The notes below the pieces were generated by a model. It worked only from the letters and a program-made list of their open reading frames with translations. It ran no database searches and was not told where the DNA came from. Both the position numbers and the translations under genes were made by a program. Positions 1 to 8,894 of a stretch of DNA of 64,000 nt are shown here, in pieces (position 1 is the first letter of the stretch; each line of letters begins with the position of its first letter). Origin of the DNA: an uncultured Pelagibacteraceae bacterium (GTDB taxonomy: Bacteria > Pseudomonadota > Alphaproteobacteria > Pelagibacterales > Pelagibacteraceae); assembly GCA_902530455.1 (NCBI GenBank), contig CACAAD010000001.1:11386-75385 (forward strand), given 5' to 3'.

Positions 1-30
1 AAAACCCCGAAAATCTGATGTAAGAGCTTA

Positions 31-930
31 ATGGAGCTCTATCTAAAGTTAATTGATGTTCTTTTTCCCGTCTTTTTTGTAATAGGAGTAGGTTATTATT
101 TAGGCAAAAAAGATCGAAAATTCGATACTACTTTTATAACTAATTTTGCGGGTAACATAGGTACACCCGCTATGATTTTTTATACAATTACCACGACAGG
201 TGTCACACTAGATATTTTTATTGAATACTTTATTTATGCTGTAATAATTATTTGCGGTTTTGCAGTTGTAGGTGTTTTATTTTTATTATTTCTTAAAAAG
301 GATGCTATTACTGAATTACCCCCTTTGATATTGCCGAATACGGGAAACATGGGAGTTCCTATATGTCTTTTTGCTTATGGTACAGAAGGATTAGGTGTTG
401 CCTCAGCCATTGCCTCAGTTATTATTTTATTTCACTTTACTATTGGAGTTTTGCTGGCAAAGAAAAGTTTTTCTTTGGATATACTTATTAAAAATGTTCC
501 TATCTATGCAATTATTTTATCAGTAATTTTTTTATATTTTGAATGGGAAGTCCCTGGTTATATTGAGAACACTACCTTCTTATTAACCTACACAACAATA
601 TTTTTAGTTTTAATGTCCTTGGGTATCGCATTAACTAGACTAAAGGTTGTCTCCTGGTCTCATGCTTCTATACTTGGAGGCGTTAGAGTGATTATAGGGC
701 CTATTATAGGATATGCTCTGATAAGAATACTAAATTTAGATGGTTTGGCAGCTGGTGTACTACTTATTCAATCAGCTATGCCAAGTGCAGTTTTAACTTA
801 TTTAGTTGGATCCATGTATTCAAAAAAGAGGGCAGTAGATAACGTAGCAAGTGTTATAGTTACTTCGACTTTAATGTCTTTTATTTCTGCTCCTATTATT
901 GTTTATATAAGTCTACGTTTTTTTCAATAA
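31..930 (+). CDS. AEC (auxin efflux carrier) family permease
   Basis: 299 aa, ~10 hydrophobic segments, NTGNMGVPI and QSAMPSAV motifs typical of AEC/Mem_trans permeases. Confidence 0.85.
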   Translation: MELYLKLIDVLFPVFFVIGVGYYLGKKDRKFDTTFITNFAGNIGTPAMIFYTITTTGVTLDIFIEYFIYAVIIICGFAVVGVLFLLFLKKDAITELPPLILPNTGNMGVPICLFAYGTEGLGVASAIASVIILFHFTIGVLLAKKSFSLDILIKNVPIYAIILSVIFLYFEWEVPGYIENTTFLLTYTTIFLVLMSLGIALTRLKVVSWSHASILGGVRVIIGPIIGYALIRILNLDGLAAGVLLIQSAMPSAVLTYLVGSMYSKKRAVDNVASVIVTSTLMSFISAPIIVYISLRFFQ

Positions 931-1094
931 ATACAGTGGGTTATAGATAATTATTAAAGTAAATTATTAATATATAAGTAAATAATACTTACCTTAATGT
1001 AATAATAATTAAAAAAGCATTGGTATTATTGACATATTTAATCAATATTGTGAAAAAATTAAATTATATTAAGTAAAATACATCAAATCAGACC

Positions 1095-1301
1095 TTAAAA
1101 ATAACCCCAAAACCAATCATTTTCAGCTCCTCTAGAAGCAGCTAATACTGCGAATTCTAGAGCAATGCATAAAGGGAATATAGCGTTTAAAAGGCCATAG
1201 ATAGCATTTTTTTTGCGATTTTATATTCTATGGTACAACTGGACCGCGAGTAAACAAAAGAAGCAACCAAAAATTGAGAATTATGCTAAAACGCCCGTCA
1301 A
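1095..1301 (-). pseudogene. Possible decayed membrane-protein gene fragment
   Basis: One minus-strand frame reads LTGVLA*FSIFGCFFCLLAVQLYHRI*NRKKNAIYGLLNAIFPLCIALEFAVLAASRGAENDWFWGYF*; protein-like but interrupted by stops; lies in an unusually long (~380 bp) intergenic gap. Confidence 0.3.
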
Positions 1302-1310
1302 ACAACAATT

Positions 1311-1586
1311 CTAGAGCGTTATACCCTCCTTTTTTAGCAGTTTTCTTTTAGTTTTAATGCCACCTTTACCTGAATATCCTCCTAGTGAACCGTCTGACTT
1401 AATCACCCTATGACAAGGTATTTTGGGAGCGTAGGGGTTTTTACCTACTGCATTGCCCACAGCACGAGCTGAGTAGGGGCTTTTAATGGCCACAGCTACC
1501 TCTTTATAGGTTTTGACCTTGCCTTTTGGTATTTTAAGCAAATACTTCCAAACTTTAATCTGAAAATCAGTGCCTTTCAGCTTCAT
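1311..1586 (-). CDS. ogt: Methylated-DNA--protein-cysteine methyltransferase (short MGMT, C-terminal domain only)
   Basis: GTDFQIKVW, ARAVGNA and PCHRV active-site motifs; ATG at 1586 (MKLKGTDFQ) preferred over the ORF-track start at 1628. Confidence 0.9.
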   Translation of the reverse strand: MKLKGTDFQIKVWKYLLKIPKGKVKTYKEVAVAIKSPYSARAVGNAVGKNPYAPKIPCHRVIKSDGSLGGYSGKGGIKTKRKLLKKEGITL

Positions 1587-1968
1587 TTTGATATTTTGAA
1601 CTTGTTTTGCTAGAGTGGTGGGGACCAACCAGCATAATAGTCCACGCAGGCTTATTATACTTTAGTTTAAGGCTATGTTTGTCCGTGTTTTTTCTGAAAC
1701 CAATGTATCCAGGACCTCTCCAAAAAGTACCTTTATCAGTAGTTTCCCAATAACCGCCTTTTAATATGATTGTGATATATGACCAATAATGATCATGTAA
1801 ACTGCCATTGTCATCTTTAAGTATTTTATGAACTAGTATATTGAACGGAAACCATTTGGGCCTTTTACGAAATAAAACATAATATCTAATCATAAATGGC
1901 TCTGCTTTGTCGTAATCTGGCCAGCTTGGCCCTCTATCTAGAACAACTCTTTTTCTGCTCTCAAACAT
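1567..1968 (-). CDS. Hypothetical cupin-fold protein
   Basis: LHDHYW...ILKGGYWE...H...AWTIML pattern consistent with a His-ligated cupin barrel. Confidence 0.6.
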   Translation of the reverse strand: MFESRKRVVLDRGPSWPDYDKAEPFMIRYYVLFRKRPKWFPFNILVHKILKDDNGSLHDHYWSYITIILKGGYWETTDKGTFWRGPGYIGFRKNTDKHSLKLKYNKPAWTIMLVGPHHSSKTSSKYQNEAERH

Positions 1969-1971
1969 GAT

Positions 1972-2136
1972 TTAATCAATTAATAAGGCTATAATTAATA
2001 GAATTCCAACAATTAAAATAGCTACACCTGTTGTTAAAGTTAAATTTCTACTTTTGTTTTTTAATTTTTCCCAACGATACATTAAAAAAAAAGCTACGAT
2101 CGGAACTGATAAACCTAAAATTATATATTTAAGCAT
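1972..2136 (-). CDS. Small two-TM membrane protein (54 aa), below the ORF-track cutoff
   Basis: Manual translation MLKYIILGLSVPIVAFFLMYRWEKLKNKSRNLTLTTGVAILIVGILLIIALLID*; stop sits 3 nt before the cupin start codon. Confidence 0.7.
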   Translation of the reverse strand: MLKYIILGLSVPIVAFFLMYRWEKLKNKSRNLTLTTGVAILIVGILLIIALLID

Positions 2137-2182
2137 AAAATTATTTTATCTTATTTGCTTGACTTCTAAAATGAGTTATTAT

Positions 2183-2217
2183 ATTACTAATGATAATTAA
2201 TTGTTATCATTAGTAAT
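2183..2217. repeat. Perfect 14-bp inverted repeat with 7-bp asymmetric spacer; candidate recombinase target (lox/dif-like) site
   Basis: ATTACTAATGATAA-ttaattg-TTATCATTAGTAAT, ending 3 nt before the recombinase ATG. Confidence 0.75.
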
Positions 2218-2220
2218 GAT

Positions 2221-3174
2221 ATGAATGAGCTGACAACTGCCATAAAAGCTTTACATGAGAAAACTTTAAATAATCTTAAAGCCTCGAAAGCACATAATAC
2301 TTTAAGGGCATATAGGTCTGATTTTAGAGATTTTACGGTTTTTTGCGTAAAACATGGTTTTAAATCAATGCCCTCTGATCCAAAAATCGTATCATTATAT
2401 TTAACTCACCTATCAAAAAAATCAAAATTTAGCACTTTAAGACGTAGGTTAGTATCAATAAGTGTTATTCATAAATTAAAAGGTCATTATTTAGATACTA
2501 AACATCCAGTAATTATAGAAAATTTAATGGGTATAAAAAGAGCAAAAGGGAGCAAACAAGTAGGTAAAAAACCTATATTAATCAGTCATTTAACGAAAAT
2601 AATTAATGTGATAAATGAACAAAATATTGAGGAAATTGTTAAATTAAGAAATAAGGCTTTAATATTAGTAGGCTTTGGAGGTGGTTTTAGGCGTACTGAG
2701 TTAATATCTACCGATTATGAAGATTTAGAATTCGTTAGTGAGGGCGTAAAAATAACTCTCAAAAGGTCTAAAACAGATCAATTTGGTGAAGGAATGATAA
2801 AAGGTCTACCTTACTTTAGCAAAGAAGATTATTGTCCAGTAACAAGTCTTAAAAATTGGCTTAAAATATCAAAAATTAAAACTGGGCCGATTTTTAGAAG
2901 ATTTGCAAAAGGATCTGCATTAACAGAATATAGATTAACAGATCAGTCAGTGGTTCTAATTATAAAAAACTGTTTAAAATTAGCTGGTATAGAAAATAAT
3001 AATTTTTCAGGACATAGTTTAAGATCTGGTTTTGCGACAGTAGCTGCAGAAGCTGGCGCCGATGAAAGAAGCATAATGGCAATGACAGGTCATAAAACTA
3101 CGCAAATGGTTCGAAGATATATAAAAGAGGCAAATTTGTTTAAAAATAATGCTCTTAATAAAGTTAAAATATGA
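2221..3174 (+). CDS. Cre-like tyrosine site-specific recombinase
   Basis: N-terminal SKAHNTLRAY SAM-like region; catalytic R (GFRRTEL), K (SKTDQ), HxxR (GHSLRSG), H (TGH), Y (VRRYI). Confidence 0.92.
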   Translation: MNELTTAIKALHEKTLNNLKASKAHNTLRAYRSDFRDFTVFCVKHGFKSMPSDPKIVSLYLTHLSKKSKFSTLRRRLVSISVIHKLKGHYLDTKHPVIIENLMGIKRAKGSKQVGKKPILISHLTKIINVINEQNIEEIVKLRNKALILVGFGGGFRRTELISTDYEDLEFVSEGVKITLKRSKTDQFGEGMIKGLPYFSKEDYCPVTSLKNWLKISKIKTGPIFRRFAKGSALTEYRLTDQSVVLIIKNCLKLAGIENNNFSGHSLRSGFATVAAEAGADERSIMAMTGHKTTQMVRRYIKEANLFKNNALNKVKI

Positions 3175-3914
3175 AAAAAGATATAGAATTTTTAATTAAA
3201 AAATTATTTTTTTCTGAAAGTTACCTACTAAAAAAAAGATTAAAAAGAGCAATTAAAAAAGGATATGAAAAAGAACTAAAAATAATTGATAAATTTGCGA
3301 ATAAATCTAAAGATGCTTTGGATATCGGTGTTTATAGGGGTGTATATTCATATAAACTGTCTCAAAGCTTTAAGAATATTCACTCCTTTGAACCTAACCC
3401 CCTTCTATTTCCTTATTTAGATAAAAACTTAAAAAAAATTATAAAGAATATAAAACTATATAATTTTGCGTTATCAGATATTAATGGCAAAACAGAACTA
3501 AAATTGCCTCTAAGATCAAAATCAATATTTAAAGATAATATAGAAGAACTTTTTCAATTAGGGGCAGCAACTATGCACCCAAACAACAATATCAATAAAT
3601 TTAAAAAAGTGCCAATAAATACACGAAGATTAGACGAAATACAAATAGATAACAATGTAGGATTTATAAAAATAGATGTGGAGGGCCACGAAAAAAATGT
3701 GATAGTTGGTGGAAAATCTTTAATTATAAAAGATAAGCCTGTAATGCTAATTGAGATTGAGGAAAGACATACAAAAATACCAGTTAAGGATACTATAAAC
3801 TTTATTAGAGAAATGAACTATGAATGTTTTCATTTGGTTAATGATGAATTAATAAATATAGAAAATAATCATAGCAAAGTCTTAGAAAATAACTTTATTT
3901 TTTTACCTAAATAA
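3171..3914 (+). CDS. FkbM-family methyltransferase
   Basis: LDIGVYRG, SFEPNP and FIKIDVEGHE motifs. Confidence 0.9.
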   Translation: MKKDIEFLIKKLFFSESYLLKKRLKRAIKKGYEKELKIIDKFANKSKDALDIGVYRGVYSYKLSQSFKNIHSFEPNPLLFPYLDKNLKKIIKNIKLYNFALSDINGKTELKLPLRSKSIFKDNIEELFQLGAATMHPNNNINKFKKVPINTRRLDEIQIDNNVGFIKIDVEGHEKNVIVGGKSLIIKDKPVMLIEIEERHTKIPVKDTINFIREMNYECFHLVNDELINIENNHSKVLENNFIFLPK

Positions 3915-4589
3915 AAATGAGATAATTTTTTTTAAGCGATCTAAAAGTTTTTTTTTTACATTAGGATGAAAATATTTTTTACTTTCACCCTTAAAAATAA
4001 ATACAATATTTTGGTAAAAATGCACCGACTCAATTAAACCATCAAAACGTTTTTTTTTGAAAAAAGGTCTATCAAAATTTTCATAATTTACTGAGTCTGA
4101 TAAACTTTTAAAAAAATTCATTGAGGAGTTTTTTTTAATTAAATTTATTCTACTTCCGCCATATCTGGGTATATAAGAAGTTTGCAAATCCTCAACAATA
4201 TAAATACCGTTTTTACTTAAATGATCAAATAAATAATTAAAAGAATTTATAATATGTTTAGAAACATGTGAACCATCATCAATTATAATATCAAATTTAC
4301 CGTGTTTTTTTGCTATTTTATCCAACAGCGTTTTATCATTTTGATCACCCTGATAGATTTTGACATCCTGAATTGTAAAATCTTTTTTATCGATGTCTAT
4401 TCCACAAATTTCAGAGTTAAAAAAATACTCTTTCCATAATCTAAGGCTATCACCCTTGTCTACACCGATTTCTAAAATGTTGAGTTTTTTTTCCCTCAAA
4501 TCTTTAAAATATTTTTCATAAATATCCAAAAAACCATAATCATTTTTGTTAGTTGGATATTTTAAACCTATTTCTTTTAAACTAAGCAT
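3903..4589 (-). CDS. Class I SAM-dependent (sugar O-) methyltransferase
   Basis: ILEIGV, GIDID, FDIIIDDGSH and GIYIVEDL motifs. Confidence 0.85.
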   Translation of the reverse strand: MLSLKEIGLKYPTNKNDYGFLDIYEKYFKDLREKKLNILEIGVDKGDSLRLWKEYFFNSEICGIDIDKKDFTIQDVKIYQGDQNDKTLLDKIAKKHGKFDIIIDDGSHVSKHIINSFNYLFDHLSKNGIYIVEDLQTSYIPRYGGSRINLIKKNSSMNFFKSLSDSVNYENFDRPFFKKKRFDGLIESVHFYQNIVFIFKGESKKYFHPNVKKKLLDRLKKIISFLFR

Positions 4590-4590
4590 T

Positions 4591-5526
4591 CTAAATTTCC
4601 TTCCATTTAAAAGGCCAATAATCTTTATTTTTTATATCAAAATTCGAAAAATGTTTGTTATTGGGTCTCAAAACTATGCTATCTTTGTAATTTGACAGCC
4701 AACAACCCCACCAATTAAATGCAGAAGGTATTACAACAAAATGTTTGCAATTTGTCATTAAAAAAAGATCACAATGAACTCTATCTAGATCATCTTTTAT
4801 ATGTTCGTTATTAATAAATATTATATCTTTTATGTTAAATTTGTTGTCTAAGTTTTTAAAATCGTTAGACCACAAATAAAAAACAGGTTTTTTTAATCTC
4901 ATTTTAAAATAGGATATAGCTTTGTGTATATAGCTAATTTGATCAGATAAAAATTTATTTGATTTTTCTTTGTCATATATACTCGGTTTACCATATTTTT
5001 CTGAAAATCTATTTTGTCTAATACACAAAGAAACAGACTCTGTTTTTTTTATTTTTGATAAATACTCATTGTTAATAAAATCATTATATTGATTTGGTGT
5101 AAATTGTTTTCTAATTTCATCTTTATAGTCTGAAAAATATTTTTCTGACTCAAAATAACCTTCCATGTAAACAGTTTTAGCATATGTTTTGTCAAAAAGT
5201 TTTTCATCGTAAAAAGTTGTTTTATCAGAATTTCTCTTTTCCAATAAAAAATATTTATTTGATCTGTAAACGTCAATTTTTTTTAATAGTTTTCTTTTTA
5301 AATAACCTGATAATCCGTTAAATAGATATTTGCTCTCAGCAGGTTTTTCGTTCAAATTAAATTTCTCTAAACCAAATTTGGATATGTTTTTAAAAGAGTT
5401 GTAGGATGAAATTTTATCGTAATAAAAACTTCTCTTCAATTTTTTTGATGCAGCATATCCCGCAGCATACATAAACATTTGATTACCTATATTATTTGAC
5501 AATCTAATAATTAATTTTCCTGCCAT
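4591..5526 (-). CDS. Alpha-1,2-fucosyltransferase-like glycosyltransferase (GT11)
   Basis: GNQMFMYA, EGYFESEKYF and SAFNWWG motifs; the HxRRxD motif is divergent (CIRQNR). Confidence 0.8.
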   Translation of the reverse strand: MAGKLIIRLSNNIGNQMFMYAAGYAASKKLKRSFYYDKISSYNSFKNISKFGLEKFNLNEKPAESKYLFNGLSGYLKRKLLKKIDVYRSNKYFLLEKRNSDKTTFYDEKLFDKTYAKTVYMEGYFESEKYFSDYKDEIRKQFTPNQYNDFINNEYLSKIKKTESVSLCIRQNRFSEKYGKPSIYDKEKSNKFLSDQISYIHKAISYFKMRLKKPVFYLWSNDFKNLDNKFNIKDIIFINNEHIKDDLDRVHCDLFLMTNCKHFVVIPSAFNWWGCWLSNYKDSIVLRPNNKHFSNFDIKNKDYWPFKWKEI

Positions 5527-6520
5527 TAGCTAGTAAATTTTCTATTCTTCTTATTGTTATACTGAAATTTTTTTTTGGAATTATAAATTGGTAGTTTTTT
5601 TGTTTAGGGACAAACTCATGAAATGCATTTTTATACTTGTAAAAGTCTTCAATAGATTTAATTTCACAATTAAATAAATCAATAACTTTTATCTTTTGTA
5701 TAGCAGCCATTGAGGTAATGGTGCCATGAAAAGAAATAACAATCTTTGCTTCCCCAATTAAATTGAATAAGTGTTCTCCTTTAATATTAGGATAATATTC
5801 AACAATTTGCTCGCCTTTGCTTTTATATTTTTTTAATAATAAATTGTTTGTTTGATGATCATTTAAATCATTAGTTAATGAAATTTTCATTCCAAAGTTT
5901 TTTAATTTGTCTATTAGTACTTCTAAATCTTGTAAATCCAAATTTAATTTGTTGAATTTAAATTTATTATAATGAATTAAAATATAGTCCCGTTTTTTTT
6001 GATTATTGAAATATTTTTCTTTAACAATACCAAATTTATGTTCTGAGCTATTATCTTTTTTTAATAAATTCATGTGTAGCTCGTGTATTGATTTTCTAAT
6101 TTTTTTTGAGCCACGATCATTGATTACCAACTTATTTAAAAAGTTTCTTAAAAATAAAGCTGGTCTTCTATAATTATTCTTGTCTATACAAATTCCAAAA
6201 AAATTTATCCTTTTAAAATAAAATATAAGTGGCAAATAAAATAAAAAATTACTAGGTTTAAAAATAAAAACTTCTTTAATATTATTTTTAAGAAAAAAGA
6301 AAAATAACTTTATTTTGTCTTTTACATTAATTTTTTCTGTGATAACTTTAAAATTTACGTTTTTCGACTTAAATAGAAACTTCATTTCAGAATTATATTG
6401 TGATAAAAAAATAAATACTTCTTTATTTAAATTATTATCTATAATATTCTTTATTGCATTATAAGCATGGATCAAGTCACCAATTTTATCATTCTTGAAG
6501 ATGATAATTTTTTCATTCAT
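5504..6520 (-). CDS. GT9 (heptosyltransferase-like) glycosyltransferase
   Basis: N-terminal NDKIGDLI motif; likely start ATG at 6520 (MNEKIII). Confidence 0.65.
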   Translation of the reverse strand: MNEKIIIFKNDKIGDLIHAYNAIKNIIDNNLNKEVFIFLSQYNSEMKFLFKSKNVNFKVITEKINVKDKIKLFFFFLKNNIKEVFIFKPSNFLFYLPLIFYFKRINFFGICIDKNNYRRPALFLRNFLNKLVINDRGSKKIRKSIHELHMNLLKKDNSSEHKFGIVKEKYFNNQKKRDYILIHYNKFKFNKLNLDLQDLEVLIDKLKNFGMKISLTNDLNDHQTNNLLLKKYKSKGEQIVEYYPNIKGEHLFNLIGEAKIVISFHGTITSMAAIQKIKVIDLFNCEIKSIEDFYKYKNAFHEFVPKQKNYQFIIPKKNFSITIRRIENLLANGRKINY

Positions 6521-8642
6521 TATGCCATATATGTTTGTTTTTACTTTTAACATCAAAAGTTTTATTTATAATGAAATCAGCTACTAATGTAGAATTAAAA
6601 TATTTTAAATATTTATTCCTACCATTTTTTCCTATCTTCTTTCTTAACTTTTCATCTTGAGATATTTTCGATATTTTTTCCGAAAGATCATCTATATTTT
6701 TATAAAATACCATTTCATTTTTGCTGAAAAAATCCTGGTAACCCGTTTTTTCATCGATAAGAGTTACTAAGCCATTGCCAATAATTTGAGTTATTCTATC
6801 ACTACTATAGTATTTTATGGGCTCACCTCTGCTAAGATTTAATCCCATTTTTGAATTTGAAATAGTTTTAAAGTAATGATCTGCCCAAATAGGCTGTACT
6901 TTATCAATTCCATATATATCAAATTTAACATTTTTAGTTTTATCAATTAATCTTTTTACAAACATAGCTCTATCATCATATTTTCCTGATTTTAAAATAC
7001 CTCTATGAACACCATGACTAAGTGCAAAAAAAACATCCATGTTGCAATTTTTATTATAATTTTTTAATGTTTCAAAAGAACTATCAGATGGATTTGGTAT
7101 AAAGTAATTCCTTGTTTTCTTAGATAAAAAACTTAATACATCAGGACTAGTTGTTAAAAAATTTGCCTCCATATAATTAGATTTATCTAAAATTCTGTTC
7201 TTATTTCTTGTAAAATCCGGACCTCTTTTGTTAAGAGGATCAAGGAACCACTGGGACATTTTTAAATTAGGATAATCATCTTTAAGTTCGCCTAAAGTAT
7301 CTGGGGATACTAAGTCAGCATGTCCAAATATTATCAAATCAGGTTTAAAATTATAACAAGTTTTTTTTAATTTATTATTTAAATTTTTAGATCCTGATAA
7401 ATCACTATAATTTTTATAATATTTTTGTATATCTCTATCACTAAACTCTAAAATACTATGCCCTAATCTTATTAAACCATTATTTATTCTTCTACCTGTA
7501 TTAAAAAATAATCTACCATCATGTCTCTCATTAAAATTTGTAACATGCAGTATTCTTAAAGAAACATTTTTTTTGATATTAAATATTTTAGAATATTTAA
7601 ATTTCTCATCTCTATAAGAGTCAATATTAGAAGAAACAAATTTATGTGTTAAATAAAAATTTTTTATAGATTTTTTTTGGTAATTTATTCTTTGTATTTT
7701 ATTTTTAATTAGATAATCAATATTCTTATATAAAGTTTTTACATTTAAATTTTTAAGAATTAAACCATTGGTAATAGTTTCAGGAAGACCACCTCTATTA
7801 CTAATGATTACTGCACATCCTGCAGAAGAAGCTTCTAGACTTGTTCTTCCAAATGGCTCTTCCCATCTGGAACATACTATAGCAATGCTAGTTTTTTTAT
7901 AAATATTGATTACTTTGTTGTGAGGAATAAAACCATAATTCTTTAAATTCTTATGTTTAAATTCAATTTTATCTCTTTGCTCATCACCAACAACATTTGC
8001 TTTCCAATTGGGGTATTTGGTCAAAATTTTTATTACGGCTTTTCCAAAAATATCATAACCTTTTGACCTATTTAATTTGCCAACAAAAGTAATTTGCTTC
8101 ATTTTTTTCTTTAAGTTTACTGTAATTCTTTTTGCAGATTGAAAAACTACCAATAATTTTTCACTGTTAACAAATTTATCATGCATTCCTTCTAAAAATC
8201 TTTTTTTTGACCAATTACTATTGAAAATAATTTTATAACAATTTTTTAAAAGAAATTTTCTTTCATTAATTGATTTTGATCCCGTCATTGTTAGTGGATC
8301 ATTGTGAAAATATAAAACCAAATTCCTTTTACCTAGAGATTTTACAATATCTGATAGATAGTTTGGACGATTATGAACTTCAATTAAATCAGATGGATTA
8401 TCTTTTTCTATTTTAATAAATTTATCAACATATTGCTTACTTTTACTTTGAAATTTAAATTTTGATAATGAAATATTATAGTATTTAATTGGAAAAATTT
8501 TTTTATAATCTGTATTTCCGTAAACTACTATATTTTTTTTATACTTGCTTAAATTGGCTGTATCTTTAACAAATAATGAAACTGCTCCTGGATATATTGG
8601 TGAGAAATTTTCTTTATAAGGTAGTAGTATCGATATTTTCAT
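6513..8642 (-). CDS. Fused glycosyltransferase (GT4 N-half plus CgeB/Glyco_trans_1_2 C-half)
   Basis: SRWEEPFGRTSLEA GT4 motif in the first half; KMGLNLSR...SDRITQIIGNG in the second half. Confidence 0.85.
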   Translation of the reverse strand: MKISILLPYKENFSPIYPGAVSLFVKDTANLSKYKKNIVVYGNTDYKKIFPIKYYNISLSKFKFQSKSKQYVDKFIKIEKDNPSDLIEVHNRPNYLSDIVKSLGKRNLVLYFHNDPLTMTGSKSINERKFLLKNCYKIIFNSNWSKKRFLEGMHDKFVNSEKLLVVFQSAKRITVNLKKKMKQITFVGKLNRSKGYDIFGKAVIKILTKYPNWKANVVGDEQRDKIEFKHKNLKNYGFIPHNKVINIYKKTSIAIVCSRWEEPFGRTSLEASSAGCAVIISNRGGLPETITNGLILKNLNVKTLYKNIDYLIKNKIQRINYQKKSIKNFYLTHKFVSSNIDSYRDEKFKYSKIFNIKKNVSLRILHVTNFNERHDGRLFFNTGRRINNGLIRLGHSILEFSDRDIQKYYKNYSDLSGSKNLNNKLKKTCYNFKPDLIIFGHADLVSPDTLGELKDDYPNLKMSQWFLDPLNKRGPDFTRNKNRILDKSNYMEANFLTTSPDVLSFLSKKTRNYFIPNPSDSSFETLKNYNKNCNMDVFFALSHGVHRGILKSGKYDDRAMFVKRLIDKTKNVKFDIYGIDKVQPIWADHYFKTISNSKMGLNLSRGEPIKYYSSDRITQIIGNGLVTLIDEKTGYQDFFSKNEMVFYKNIDDLSEKISKISQDEKLRKKIGKNGRNKYLKYFNSTLVADFIINKTFDVKSKNKHIWHNE

Positions 8643-8884
8643 TTTTTATTTTTTATAAAGTTTCTAAAAGATCTATTCTTCTTTATATAATATTCTCTAG
8701 AAATTGCCTCTTTTTTTGTTTTATATTTTTCTTTATAAATTAGCTTCCATTTGCGGCCTCTAGTGAATTTAGCACCTTTACCTGAGTTGTGTTGTTTGAT
8801 TCTTTTGTAAAGATTATTAGTATAACCTACATACGTAATTGGTTTAAGATCTGAACTTTTAAGCATATAAACGTAAAAGTTCAT
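8639..8884 (-). CDS. Small GIY-YIG nuclease family protein (YhbQ/UPF0213-like)
   Basis: YVYML...TYVGYT...RIKQHNSGKGAKFTR...A.SRE. Confidence 0.9.
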   Translation of the reverse strand: MNFYVYMLKSSDLKPITYVGYTNNLYKRIKQHNSGKGAKFTRGRKWKLIYKEKYKTKKEAISREYYIKKNRSFRNFIKNKK

Positions 8885-8894
8885 TTATGGGTTT

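Noticed and set aside
2186-2212. The palindrome resembles a Fur box (TGATAA...TTATCA)
   Set aside because: Half-site spacing does not fit the 7-1-7 Fur geometry; long perfect arms next to a recombinase are better explained as its target site
8639-8884. GIY-YIG protein as a homing endonuclease or defence nuclease
   Set aside because: Size and motifs match the widespread stand-alone YhbQ/UPF0213 family; no intron or defence context
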